A stretch of 64,000 nt of DNA, taken from contig CAYWVD010000001.1 in assembly GCA_964461915.1 (NCBI GenBank), positions 661,910-725,909 on the forward strand. Direction: 5' to 3'. Below the pieces are notes generated by a model, which worked only from the letters and a program-made list of their open reading frames with translations, did no database searches and was not told the origin of the DNA. Positions 38,654 to 48,284 of the stretch are shown in pieces. The stretch is from an uncultured Candidatus Saccharibacteria bacterium (GTDB lineage: Bacteria > Patescibacteriota > Dojkabacteria > B142 > OLB20). The position numbers were made by a program, and so were the translations under genes. The first letter of the stretch is position 1. Each line of letters starts with the position of its first letter.

Positions 38654-39336
38654 GTAGCGCAATACAAATTAAAAATCTTACGATTTTCCAGAATGGAGGT
38701 ATTCCCCTAATTAAAAATATCAACATCGATATACCCGAAGGTGAGATTACATATATTATTGGGAATAATGGTCTGGGTAAATCCACATTCATTAAAACAA
38801 TTGTTGGCCTACAAAAAGTTTTGGATGGTGAAATTTTAATTTTCGACCAGAAAAACACCCAAGAACAAATTTCCGAAAATATCAGTTACCTAGCCCAAAT
38901 TCCAAAGATTAATAGAAATTTCCCGATAACTGTAGAAGAGATGATCAAACTAGCTTGCGGTAAAGGGAAAGAATGTCCCCTAGATGTTGAAGGTCATCTT
39001 AAAGTTTTTAAAGCTGAAAAGTTGATCCATAAAAAAATTAGTGATTTATCCGGTGGTGAATTTCAAAAAGCCTTAATAGCAAGGTGTTTAATCGGCGACA
39101 AAAAAATTCTTATCCTAGATGAACCTTTCAACAATTTAGACCATCAAAGCGAAAAGGATCTCATTAATTTATTACGAAAACTATCCAACGAATTCAACCG
39201 AACTATAATTCTAGTTACACACGATCTAAACATTATTGATGAAAATGCAGAAAACTGTGTATTACTTTCTCATGGGAATGTATTTATTGGTAAGGCAAAA
39301 GATATTTTTAACAAACATAAATTAGAACGAATTTAA
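38650..39336 (+). CDS. znuC: ABC transporter ATP-binding protein (ZnuC-like).
   Basis: 228 aa: Walker A 'GNNGLGKST', signature 'LSGGEFQKALIARCL', Walker B 'ILILDEP'. Confidence 0.8.
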   Translation: MSSAIQIKNLTIFQNGGIPLIKNINIDIPEGEITYIIGNNGLGKSTFIKTIVGLQKVLDGEILIFDQKNTQEQISENISYLAQIPKINRNFPITVEEMIKLACGKGKECPLDVEGHLKVFKAEKLIHKKISDLSGGEFQKALIARCLIGDKKILILDEPFNNLDHQSEKDLINLLRKLSNEFNRTIILVTHDLNIIDENAENCVLLSHGNVFIGKAKDIFNKHKLERI

Positions 39337-39337
39337 G

Positions 39338-40159
39338 ATGAGTTTAAGTGAACTATTACAAATGTCCTTTGTTCAAAAAGCCTTGATAGGAGGCTTAATA
39401 CTTTCTACGATCACTGCTATTTGTGGAGTTTTTGTAGTTTTAAAAAAAGAAGCTTTTCTAACTGACGCGATAGCACACGTATCGATGGCTGGTGTGGGGA
39501 TTGGCCTCTTGGCAGGAATTTACCCACTTTTTGGAGCAATGTTAATTGCCTTATTGTTTTCAATTGCATTTACCTTTATTAAACACAAAACCATCAATGC
39601 AAATGATTCTCTAATAGGAATACTCTATTCATTCTTCTTTGCGATCGGATTAATTATGATCTCGTTAAGTCGAGGTATACGAGTTGATTTAGAAAGTTTT
39701 CTTTTTGGTTCGTTATATTCAATTTCCTGGGAAGAAATTTTAATTAGCGGGATCTTACTTATCGTAATGATAATTTTCTTGTCCATTAAGTATCAGGATT
39801 TAGTTTTCTCAGTATTCGATACAGAAGGAGCTTTTCTGAAAGGGATCAAAACGAAAAAGTTAGAATATCTTTCCAATATATTGCTCAGCATTGCAATCAT
39901 TGTCGGAATAAAAAGCGTAGGATTAATTTTAGTTACAGCACTCATTTTAGCCCCTGCAAATACCTCGATCAATTTATCAAAAAAATTTAACCAAGTAATA
40001 CCATTGGCAATACTCATTAGTATCATCACTAATACTATCGGGATAATGTTATCGCTAATCTTCAATACGCCCGCTGGACCGACAATCGTAATTACAGCCT
40101 CTATCGCCTACTTTTTGTCAGTTGGCAGAAAGTATTTATTTGATATGCCACGGAAATAA
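39338..40159 (+). CDS. znuB: ABC-3 family metal transporter permease (ZnuB-like).
   Basis: 273-aa polytopic membrane protein immediately downstream of the ATPase gene. Confidence 0.7.
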   Translation: MSLSELLQMSFVQKALIGGLILSTITAICGVFVVLKKEAFLTDAIAHVSMAGVGIGLLAGIYPLFGAMLIALLFSIAFTFIKHKTINANDSLIGILYSFFFAIGLIMISLSRGIRVDLESFLFGSLYSISWEEILISGILLIVMIIFLSIKYQDLVFSVFDTEGAFLKGIKTKKLEYLSNILLSIAIIVGIKSVGLILVTALILAPANTSINLSKKFNQVIPLAILISIITNTIGIMLSLIFNTPAGPTIVITASIAYFLSVGRKYLFDMPRK

Positions 40160-40196
40160 AATTATAATTTGGTAATTAATTAAGTACTTTTTATCT

Positions 40197-40871
40197 ATGA
40201 AAACACTCGTAAAAGTTTTATTTGGCGCAATAGCTGCGATCTCGATAATTATCCTTTTTGTTTTAAGTCTAATTCAAAGTAATCAGATCAATAAGATCAA
40301 CAGCGATTTATCCCATGTTTCTAACCAACTAGAAATATTGATTAATAATCAAGACCCCTCAATTATTACACCAACAGATATTGATGTGCCTGATATTACA
40401 GGTGGCCCATCTGACCCAACAACAACTGTTGCTCCATCAACTTCATCTGAAACAATCAAAATCAAACTCTACTATAAAAATGTCAAAAATGACCCAGAAC
40501 ATTTAAACTGTGAAGCGGACACATTTGTTTATAGGACTATTCCAAAGACATCTAAAGTATTAACAGATACATTAAATTATATGCTTACTAATAAGCTCAC
40601 TGCTGAAGAAAAAGCTTTTGGGTTAGAAAACCCTTTCGAATTCGGACCTGACGATACTAGCTATGCAACTCGTTTTGAAAAGTTCAAAATTAAAAGTGTT
40701 AGTGTAAATAGCACAGGGATGGCAACTATTACACTTGAGGATCCTGAATATTTTTCATCCGGTGGATCTTGCAGAATATCGGAACTTTCCAGCATGTTTG
40801 AATTGACTACTAAACAATTCAGTACAGTAGATGATATTCAATTCTTGCCATTAGATGTGATGCAGCCTTAA
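40197..40871 (+). CDS. GerMN-domain (sporulation/germination-like) lipoprotein/secreted protein.
   Basis: 224 aa with an N-terminal TM/signal. 'IKLYY...DTFVYRTIPKTSKVLTDTLNYML...ATITLEDPEYFSSGGS' fits the GerMN pattern. Confidence 0.45.
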   Translation: MKTLVKVLFGAIAAISIIILFVLSLIQSNQINKINSDLSHVSNQLEILINNQDPSIITPTDIDVPDITGGPSDPTTTVAPSTSSETIKIKLYYKNVKNDPEHLNCEADTFVYRTIPKTSKVLTDTLNYMLTNKLTAEEKAFGLENPFEFGPDDTSYATRFEKFKIKSVSVNSTGMATITLEDPEYFSSGGSCRISELSSMFELTTKQFSTVDDIQFLPLDVMQP

Positions 40872-40937
40872 TAATAGTAGCAAACTAAGCTCTAATCTAA
40901 TATAATCGAAGGGTATTAATTTATACCCTTCTTTTTT

Positions 40938-43445
40938 ATGATAAAGCCAGACAAACAATCATTTTGGGTTATGCGTATTTTTGGTTTAGCAATTTTTATG
41001 CTAATCCCAACAATTATTTCCTCGATTTTTATTTATTTTGAAATAAGCTCGGGCAGCGAAACTAAGGGTCTTTTTGGATTTTTGATATTTTTTGCCTTTC
41101 TCTTTATAGCTTTAATACTAACAATTGAAAATGCTTTCGTATATAAAAAAGAAGAATATTACATCGAGAATAAACAGATTATTACTAAAACCGGTAGGAT
41201 TTTAAGCGATAAGAACACTTCTTTGCCGATCAAAAATATAACTTTCGTTGATTTAGAATTGCCATTTATTGAACATCAGATATTCAAAACCGGAATTATC
41301 CGTATAACTTCCGCTGGAACTGGGCTTGAACAATCAGTTATTAAAATGACAAACCTCAAAGAATACCAAAAAGTTTACGACGAATTAATATCCAAAATGA
41401 AAGCCAATGGCTTTAGTATGCAAAATAAAGAATTACTTTATAAAGCAAAACCTGATTCGATTGGAATTATCTTAAATATTATTAGAAAAACACTTTCGGG
41501 AATTGTTAGTCTTTTTACACTTACCGCATTTGGAGGGATAATTTCTTATGGCATATTTCAAAGCCCCATAATCCCTTTGCTTCTACTTTCCTTAACTATA
41601 ATAGTTTCAATAGTTTCAGTAATAATAAGATACCTAGACCTAAAAAAACGAGAGTATTTGGTATATGAGGATTCTGTAAATTACAAAAAAGGTTTTTTAT
41701 CCAAACATTTAGCCTTTATCCCAGTTGAGAATTTATCCGATTCGACATCTTCACAATCCCTAACTCAAAGAATTTTTGGTGTATATGACATTGAAATTAG
41801 TTCGAAAGGCATACAGACTGAAATTATTTTTAAAAATTTAACCGAAGGAAAAGCTTTAGAAGATTCAATAGACGGTATTATTAGAAACTATCAACGATCA
41901 GATAAGCCTGTTAAGCAAGAATTAATTAAAAATGATAAAGAAAGACCAGTTATCAATTATGAAGAAAAGGAGTGGCAGCCTAGTAGTTTTACTGCCTCTT
42001 TACAGATGAATAAAATGTCAGCTTTTATTCAATTTTTCTTTGGATTTGTGATTGGTGGTGGCATACTTACAGCGATTATTGCTGGTACAACTATTTTAAA
42101 TTCCGAAAATATTGCTGATGGAATAATGCTCATCTTTATAACTGGGTTCACTCTAATATTTGGCTTCTTCACTCAAGTTATTTCAATTTTTGCCACTAAA
42201 TATGAAGTAGCCGAAAACAACATTGTCGAAAACTATAAGTTTTTTTCGATCCGAAAAAAAGAATTCAATATTAAAAAAATCACCACATTTTCAATTAAAC
42301 GGACAATTTTAGACAGATTATTTAAAACTTGTTCTGTAAAATTCATTTCTATCGGCTCAGGCTATGATATCACTTTTAAAAACATTGAATATAATGAGGA
42401 GTTTTTGAAAAATCTAAAGGCTAAATTTGGATTTGATGATAATGAAACGCCAATAGAAATTATTAAGCCTCAATTTTCATTAACAAAAATGTTTTTTAAT
42501 AGCACTAATAGTCTGATATTCTTGTCCATTGCAATAATTATCGGGGTTATAGGTTTGATTATATTCCAATTATTGGCTTCAAATGGAAATGATATTAGCG
42601 GAATTCTACCCACATTTTCATTGATTGTTTTTGGATATATAGGATTATCAATATTTTTAACCATAATAGCTGCAATTTGGAATCATTATTATTATCCCCG
42701 AAGCAGCCTCTGTCTTTTTAAAGACAAGTTAGTTTTTAAAGAAGGGTTATTTGATTTAAGCGAATCTTATGCAAGATATGAAAATATTAAAGATCTAGTT
42801 GGATTAAAAATGCCGGTTTTGAATTGTGGTACTCTCACAATAAACATTGCTGGAGATCAATTGATGCAACAACAAAACCAATATTCTCAATACTCACAAA
42901 AATCCAATAATGTTCAAAATAATAGGAATCAAAGAATTAGGGCTGGCGGCAATGTTCTAAATGTAAGATATATCGACAATCCACATGATATAGTCGATCT
43001 TCTTGAGGAATTTATGCAGTACAAAATCGATCCAAAAAATTACGATAGATCAAAAGTTTTAGAGAAATTTAAATCAGAGAATTTATTAATTACAAAATCT
43101 TCTTTTGCAAATGAATTAGTCACACTATTAATTGTTAGTTTATTCCTTTGGGTCTTGGTAATTGCAATTCCAATAAAAATTCTCGAATTAAACAAAAGAA
43201 GATATTTAATTCAGGGACATCGAGTTTTAGCATTACAGGGAATCATTTACAGATCAAAAACGAGTATTCTCTACTCAAAAATTGATAATATTAATATCCA
43301 GCAAGGGGTGTTTAATAAAATATTCAAGAATTCAACTATAACCTTAGAAACAGCTGGGAGTTTAATGCCAGAGATGTTTTTACAAAACATTAAAGATGCA
43401 AATAATATTCAAGAAATAATTAAACAAAAAATCGAAATATATTAA
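40938..43445 (+). CDS. YdbT-like membrane protein with three TM-pair + bPH_2 (bacterial PH) repeats.
   Basis: 835 aa. Three repeats of two hydrophobic helices followed by a PH-like segment, e.g. 'ENKQIITKTGRILSDKNTSLPIKNITFVDLE'. Confidence 0.5.
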   Translation: MIKPDKQSFWVMRIFGLAIFMLIPTIISSIFIYFEISSGSETKGLFGFLIFFAFLFIALILTIENAFVYKKEEYYIENKQIITKTGRILSDKNTSLPIKNITFVDLELPFIEHQIFKTGIIRITSAGTGLEQSVIKMTNLKEYQKVYDELISKMKANGFSMQNKELLYKAKPDSIGIILNIIRKTLSGIVSLFTLTAFGGIISYGIFQSPIIPLLLLSLTIIVSIVSVIIRYLDLKKREYLVYEDSVNYKKGFLSKHLAFIPVENLSDSTSSQSLTQRIFGVYDIEISSKGIQTEIIFKNLTEGKALEDSIDGIIRNYQRSDKPVKQELIKNDKERPVINYEEKEWQPSSFTASLQMNKMSAFIQFFFGFVIGGGILTAIIAGTTILNSENIADGIMLIFITGFTLIFGFFTQVISIFATKYEVAENNIVENYKFFSIRKKEFNIKKITTFSIKRTILDRLFKTCSVKFISIGSGYDITFKNIEYNEEFLKNLKAKFGFDDNETPIEIIKPQFSLTKMFFNSTNSLIFLSIAIIIGVIGLIIFQLLASNGNDISGILPTFSLIVFGYIGLSIFLTIIAAIWNHYYYPRSSLCLFKDKLVFKEGLFDLSESYARYENIKDLVGLKMPVLNCGTLTINIAGDQLMQQQNQYSQYSQKSNNVQNNRNQRIRAGGNVLNVRYIDNPHDIVDLLEEFMQYKIDPKNYDRSKVLEKFKSENLLITKSSFANELVTLLIVSLFLWVLVIAIPIKILELNKRRYLIQGHRVLALQGIIYRSKTSILYSKIDNINIQQGVFNKIFKNSTITLETAGSLMPEMFLQNIKDANNIQEIIKQKIEIY

Positions 43446-43513
43446 AAACTGGTAAAAGTAGCTTTATTGAAATAAAAGTATTACTATTTTCTTAACTTCT
43501 TAATAACATAAAT

Positions 43514-44626
43514 ATGGCAACAGAAAGAGTAATTTCCAGTAAAGTTCTAGGTAGTTCTAATCCGGTAGCTAAAAAGTTCCGAAGCATTGGCCAATCCATA
43601 AAAGGGGTTGGTTGCGGAATTATTTTCCTAATTATCGGATTAGTGCTAGTTTATCAAAGCGTTTATGGAGTCAAAGAATACTCAAAGATTCTAGAGAACC
43701 TCCCCGTTAATACCGTCTCAGATGTCGCTCAAGATGCGACTTTAGCAAAGTTATCTGGAAAAGCTGAAAGTTCTAGTGCAACAACTTATTCCTATGAAAA
43801 ATGTAACGATACTGCGTGTATAACCAAAGTTGCTCAAAACACAGAACCCGCTTACTATGTAACCATCGATAAACAAAGATTCGAAGTTGTTGAACATGTT
43901 ACAACAGAAACAGTAACAAGGGATGTCGGCGGAAGTGAAATCGAAGAAAAAGTTGAAAAAAGAGAATACAAAGAAGAATGGGTCTCAAAGGAAAAGAAGA
44001 CTCAGTGGGCCGAGATATCAATTGATAATAAAGTAAAATTTGTTGGAAGCGACAGCGTTCGATTGATTACAAATCTTGTTGAAAAAGAAGTTCCCAATGT
44101 ATTTATTGCCAATCTCGGCCCATTAAATAACTATGGCCAAACGGTAAGTCCTGCAGTTGGGACAACAAGATTGGTATATAGCTTCATGCCCATCAGCACT
44201 TCATCTCCCTCAGTAATTGCCGTTGGGCAGATCCGTAATGGTGTAATGAGTGGAGGCGACCCATCAATATTAACGACATTAACCGATGCCGACCTTATAA
44301 AAACTCTTGAGAATGAAGAAAATTTTTCTAGGATCGCTTTTGTTGTAGGAGCCTGGATTCTGACATTTATCGGCCTTGGCATGATTATTGCACCAATATT
44401 AGAATTAGTTAACTGGATTCCTCTTTTTGGTGGAGCTGCAAAATTAGTAGCTGGAGTAATCTCATTCATAGTAACTTCAATATTGGTTTTTGGCGGATGG
44501 ATTGTTCTAAAATTCTGGTGGTTGATACTCCTCTGCATAATGTTGTTAATGGTGGTAGCGATCGTACTTGTTGTTAAATCAAGGACGAAAACGATTGTTG
44601 CAGAGACAAATAAAGCGAGTAAATAA
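43514..44626 (+). CDS. Hypothetical membrane protein: N-terminal TM, large external domain, C-terminal 3-TM cluster. Possibly DUF1625/TMEM43-like.
   Basis: 370-aa ORF. Called from topology only. Confidence 0.3.
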   Translation: MATERVISSKVLGSSNPVAKKFRSIGQSIKGVGCGIIFLIIGLVLVYQSVYGVKEYSKILENLPVNTVSDVAQDATLAKLSGKAESSSATTYSYEKCNDTACITKVAQNTEPAYYVTIDKQRFEVVEHVTTETVTRDVGGSEIEEKVEKREYKEEWVSKEKKTQWAEISIDNKVKFVGSDSVRLITNLVEKEVPNVFIANLGPLNNYGQTVSPAVGTTRLVYSFMPISTSSPSVIAVGQIRNGVMSGGDPSILTTLTDADLIKTLENEENFSRIAFVVGAWILTFIGLGMIIAPILELVNWIPLFGGAAKLVAGVISFIVTSILVFGGWIVLKFWWLILLCIMLLMVVAIVLVVKSRTKTIVAETNKASK

Positions 44627-44679
44627 TTTACTCAGAGTCACTCGAGGTTGATCAGGATTACTCCAAATTAATCAGGGAA

Positions 44680-45474
44680 TTATTTTAGTAGCCTATCTTT
44701 TATCGCGAGGTGAGCTTGCCACTCTATTTTGTCATCTAATTGTAGCCATTCGAATTTATCGCCATACTTGTTTTGCATAGCTTGATAAAGCAAAAAGTCT
44801 GCAAGGTGGGGATTCTTTGGCAATATTGGACCGTGAGAATATGATGCAAAAACATTTTTATACCTAAATCCTTCGAGCATATCTTTAGAATTGTTTCCTC
44901 TACCATAGACTACTCTTCCAAGTGTTTCGAAATGCTCTTCAGTTGAAAAGGTTTGCCCCGAATGATTTTCAAATCCAACAATCGTAGGACTAATAACTTC
45001 TTCGTAAGCTGAACCCATTTGATTCAATAAATCCGGATCTATTTGTGTTAGAAGATTTCCAAGGCATCTATCTTTTACCTGATTCCCCGGAGCTTGAGTT
45101 TGAATGGGAAGAATCCCTAAACCATCAATTTGCCTTCCTGATGAGTCTAAAAAGTATTTTCCAAAAAGCTGAAATCCTCCACAAATTAATAAAAAAACTT
45201 TATTTTTATTAACCTCGGTTTCGATAAATTTTTTCTTTCTCTTTACTAAATCGTCGAAAACCAAATACATATCGTTATCCTGGCCACCACCCATAAAATA
45301 TATATCTCCTTCAGGGATTTCGTTTTTATCTAGTCCAGCATTGATTACTTCGATCTCGATTCCACGCCAATCACACCTCTTTGTCAGGGCAATAATATTA
45401 CCTCTATCACCATAGATATTCATCTCTTTGGGATAGAGATGGACTAGTTTTAAACTAATTTTTTCTTTATTCAT
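44680..45474 (-). CDS. gatD: Lipid II isoglutaminyl synthase glutaminase subunit GatD (CobQ-type glutamine amidotransferase).
   Basis: 264 aa: 'IYGDRGNIIAL', 'DIYFMGGGQD', catalytic 'LLICGGFQLFG', 'GFENHSGQTF' and 'HGPILPKN' collinear with staphylococcal GatD. Overlaps murT by 8 bp. Confidence 0.85.
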   Translation of the reverse strand: MNKEKISLKLVHLYPKEMNIYGDRGNIIALTKRCDWRGIEIEVINAGLDKNEIPEGDIYFMGGGQDNDMYLVFDDLVKRKKKFIETEVNKNKVFLLICGGFQLFGKYFLDSSGRQIDGLGILPIQTQAPGNQVKDRCLGNLLTQIDPDLLNQMGSAYEEVISPTIVGFENHSGQTFSTEEHFETLGRVVYGRGNNSKDMLEGFRYKNVFASYSHGPILPKNPHLADFLLYQAMQNKYGDKFEWLQLDDKIEWQAHLAIKDRLLK

Positions 45475-46780
45475 TTAAAGCCTTTCCCAAGAGTCTTTTT
45501 CTAAACTCAAGCATAGCGGTATAGGTGTGAATAACATAAAAATATTTACTTAATTTTTCTCGCTCGGCAAAATTTACCAATTCCTTAATATCCGGAGTAA
45601 AAAACACCTGGATCTTTTTATCAATCAAATATGCTCTCTCGCCCATCTTAACAACATCCTCGAAAGTATATTTTAGTCTAAGCAACAATTCTTCGGCTCT
45701 ACTACCACCTAAGATAACCATATTAGGACCTATATCTTTTAACAATTCAAAATCCGCATCCCATATCCAAGACACATCCCGTCCATCAGCGATCTTGTCG
45801 TTCAATAAAATGATCAAATTAGGTTTATTTGTATGCTTTAATAATTGAAAAACTAAATTTAATCCTGCAGGATTTTTTGCTAATAGCAATCTATAGGTAA
45901 TTGAATTCTTTTTAAGTACTTCTCCTCTTCCGAAAGGCGTTTTCATTAAAAGAAGTCCCTTTTTAATATCAGGAATCAAAATTTTTAAAGATTTTGCAGA
46001 AGCTACTGCTGCTAAAGCATTATAGACATTAAAAATTCCTGGAGAGGCAAAGGAATATTCCTCATCTTCAATTTGGAATCTTGTACCTAAATCATCATTA
46101 ATCTTTATTTTTGAAGCAACTAAGTCATTTTTTTGATTCTTAAGATGTTCACCTTCGTATTTAAAATCCAGTATATAGCTTGGATCAAGTCCAAATTTCA
46201 AACACTCATTTTCAAGACCTTTTAAAATATCACTAAGCCTTGGATCGTCACCATTAAAAACAACTTTAGCCTGTGGCGAAAGTTTTAGTGCTTTTACAAA
46301 CATCTCTTTTGTCCTATCGATTTCAGCATAAGCATCAAGTTGATCCCTATAAAGATTGGTAAACACTAATACCTCAGGATTAAGTTCCTGAACGACCTTG
46401 GGTAAAGTGGCCTCTTCAATCTCGAGTACCGCATAATCATAATTCAATTTACCCCTTCGATCGCATTTACTTATAAATAATGACAATAAGCCTCTACGCA
46501 TATTTGAACCGGAAGCATTCGCCAATACTCTTTTTCCACTGGCTCTAAGGATAGAACTTAAAGCAATTTGTGTTGTAGTTTTTCCATTTGTTCCTGTTAT
46601 AAGGATTTTATGGGGTATCTGATCAGCAAAAAATTTTAAAAGTTTAGGGGACATTTTCTCAGAAATCAATCCAGGCAATGCGGTACCTTCCCCCCTTCCA
46701 AGTAGCCTTACGGCTTTTTGGACTAACTTCACTACTGAAATTGTAGCTTGATTATTTATTGCCACAACTAATTTTAACAC
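45467..46780 (-). CDS. murT: Lipid II isoglutaminyl synthase MurT (Mur-ligase-like subunit).
   Basis: 437 aa: 'ILITGTNGKTTT', 'VFTNLYRDQLDAYAEID', 'AKNPAGLN', 'NDKIADGRDVSWIWDADFE' and 'GSRAEELLLRLKY' (DUF1727 region) match MurT. No Cys4 ribbon is seen. Confidence 0.85.
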   Translation of the reverse strand: MLKLVVAINNQATISVVKLVQKAVRLLGRGEGTALPGLISEKMSPKLLKFFADQIPHKILITGTNGKTTTQIALSSILRASGKRVLANASGSNMRRGLLSLFISKCDRRGKLNYDYAVLEIEEATLPKVVQELNPEVLVFTNLYRDQLDAYAEIDRTKEMFVKALKLSPQAKVVFNGDDPRLSDILKGLENECLKFGLDPSYILDFKYEGEHLKNQKNDLVASKIKINDDLGTRFQIEDEEYSFASPGIFNVYNALAAVASAKSLKILIPDIKKGLLLMKTPFGRGEVLKKNSITYRLLLAKNPAGLNLVFQLLKHTNKPNLIILLNDKIADGRDVSWIWDADFELLKDIGPNMVILGGSRAEELLLRLKYTFEDVVKMGERAYLIDKKIQVFFTPDIKELVNFAEREKLSKYFYVIHTYTAMLEFRKRLLGKALNE

Positions 46781-46832
46781 ATTTTTAGAACTGCAATAGG
46801 AGTTAAAAGAATAGAAAAAAACACCTTAAAAA

Positions 46833-46841
46833 TGGTATAAT
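46833..46841 (+). promoter_or_regulatory. Extended -10 element (TGGTATAAT), candidate ssrA promoter. The primary transcript would carry a roughly 50-nt leader.
   Basis: Motif read directly from the sequence; the -35 region is weak. Confidence 0.3.
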
Positions 46842-46897
46842 ATCATTGCTCTTTAACAAGTAAGCAATTACTTTTTCAAGCAGGCACATTCATTTTT

Positions 46898-47362
46898 GGG
46901 GGTGTACGGCTTCGACAGGGAATATTGCTGATAAATAGCAAGCAGAAGTTTTTATATATTGCCTTCTTTAAAAAACAATATTTTCCCGATTCATTTCGGG
47001 AACATTGACTAAGCGTCAACAAAGTACAAGGCTTCTTCGATAAAGTAGCCGCAATGTTTAATTTCCAACCGGAATTAAACCTTGCTGTTTTAGCCTAATC
47101 GGAGCAAGTCGTTGCTGATCCCCACAAGGGATTAAAGCAACCCTCTACTTAATTCTCTCTGGGTGGGATTAATTAGGGGTAAAACAGCCCAGATGTGCGA
47201 ATATCTTTTGGATTACGAGGTAGGAACACATAGCTTAATGTAATCCGGCGTTGTATCGTTTCTGCAGGTCTTAATGTTACAACGCTAAAACAGATCTGCA
47301 AAGCTTGTAATACTATCTATCGGGAAATTCTTTGGACGCGGGTTCGATTCCCGCCATCTCCA
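46898..47362 (+). ncRNA. ssrA: tmRNA (ssrA), one-piece; tag ORF ends ...(A)AMFNFQPELNLAVLA-TAA at 47096-47098.
   Basis: 5' GGGGGTGTACGGCTTCGACAGGG. The 3' tRNA-like end is GGACGCGGGTTCGATTCCCGCCATCTCCA (T-arm GCGGG/CCCGC, acceptor GGGGGTG/CATCTCC). An internal reading frame ends in the Ala-rich tag '...LAVLA' plus stop. smpB is present in the window. Confidence 0.8.
47346..47362 (+). repeat. Direct repeat copy 1 (GATTCCCGCCATCTCCA), the 3' end of ssrA.
   Basis: 17-nt exact match to 47517-47533. Confidence 0.8.
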
Positions 47363-47516
47363 AAAGTTTCAGACGAAGTCGGAGACTTTTGGAGATGCAT
47401 AGATTTGAACCGACGGTTCGACAATGAGGGGTTAGCGAAAACGAATGAAATGATGTTTGAGTTTACCCGAATTGATACTTTGCTCTAGAAAATATTTATA
47501 TTTTGTTGAGCGAAGT

Positions 47517-47533
47517 GATTCCCGCCATCTCCA
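47517..47533 (+). repeat. Direct repeat copy 2 (GATTCCCGCCATCTCCA, followed by CCA): displaced duplicate of the tmRNA 3' end, an att-site-like scar.
   Basis: 17-nt exact duplicate 154 bp downstream of ssrA. Only this copy is followed by an encoded CCA. Confidence 0.7.
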
Positions 47534-47537
47534 CCAT

Positions 47538-48101
47538 CTACTTCGGGAAATTCTTTATTGAGTAAATTCCCAAAGCCTTTACTTGTTCGTAAGTATCCAG
47601 TTCTTCTAATTTCTCCAATTCCTGAACTGTAAACCATTTTGAATCTTTAACATCGAGGTCTTGAATTTTCTGGGATTTATTTACCCTTTTGACATAATAG
47701 AACTGAAGGTAGATATCGTGATCGTATCCCATCTTTGTCATTTCTTCGAAATCAGCATAAAATGGTCTTGGCTGTTTTTCCCAAATTCCCCTGTCAGCAA
47801 AAGGATTGTCGCCTATTGCGTCAATTATTTCGATATCTATGCCTAATTCTTCTTGGTATTCCCTCTTTAATGCTTCTTGTGGAAGTTCATTTTCTTCGAT
47901 ATGACCTCCTGATGGCACCCATTTATTTTGTTTGGAATGAAGAGTAAGTAGTACTTTGTCGTTTTCTACTAAATATCCGGAAACAACATATCTTAAAGGT
48001 TTTTCAATAATTTTAGGACTGAACCTTTTTTTGAAAAGATCATTTACTGGTAAGACGGTTTTGGGTGTGTGAGCCTCGATAATTTTGTTAAGTGTAGTCA
48101 A
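47538..48101 (-). CDS. Nudix hydrolase.
   Basis: 187 aa with the Nudix box 'GGHIEENELPQEALKREYQEELGI'. Confidence 0.8.
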   Translation of the reverse strand: MTTLNKIIEAHTPKTVLPVNDLFKKRFSPKIIEKPLRYVVSGYLVENDKVLLTLHSKQNKWVPSGGHIEENELPQEALKREYQEELGIDIEIIDAIGDNPFADRGIWEKQPRPFYADFEEMTKMGYDHDIYLQFYYVKRVNKSQKIQDLDVKDSKWFTVQELEKLEELDTYEQVKALGIYSIKNFPK

Positions 48102-48284
48102 AGTAGAATTAATAAAGATTAAAATATTGTAGCATTGAAAAACTCAAGAAGTCGAAATAATAATGATAAATAAGAACGAATAAAAAGATATGCTACCCCC
48201 ATAGCAAACCCAAACATTACTATTAGTGCATAAAAATCATTTAAAAATCGCACAAAGAATGATATAATACCTATATACTTTAGG

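Noticed and set aside
46898-47362. Possibility that the tmRNA is a permuted two-piece form, or that the locus is a tRNA.
   Set aside because: 5' GGGG...TTCGAC and the 3' T-arm and acceptor are in standard order on one strand. An internal Ala-rich tag ORF with a stop lies between. It is a one-piece tmRNA.
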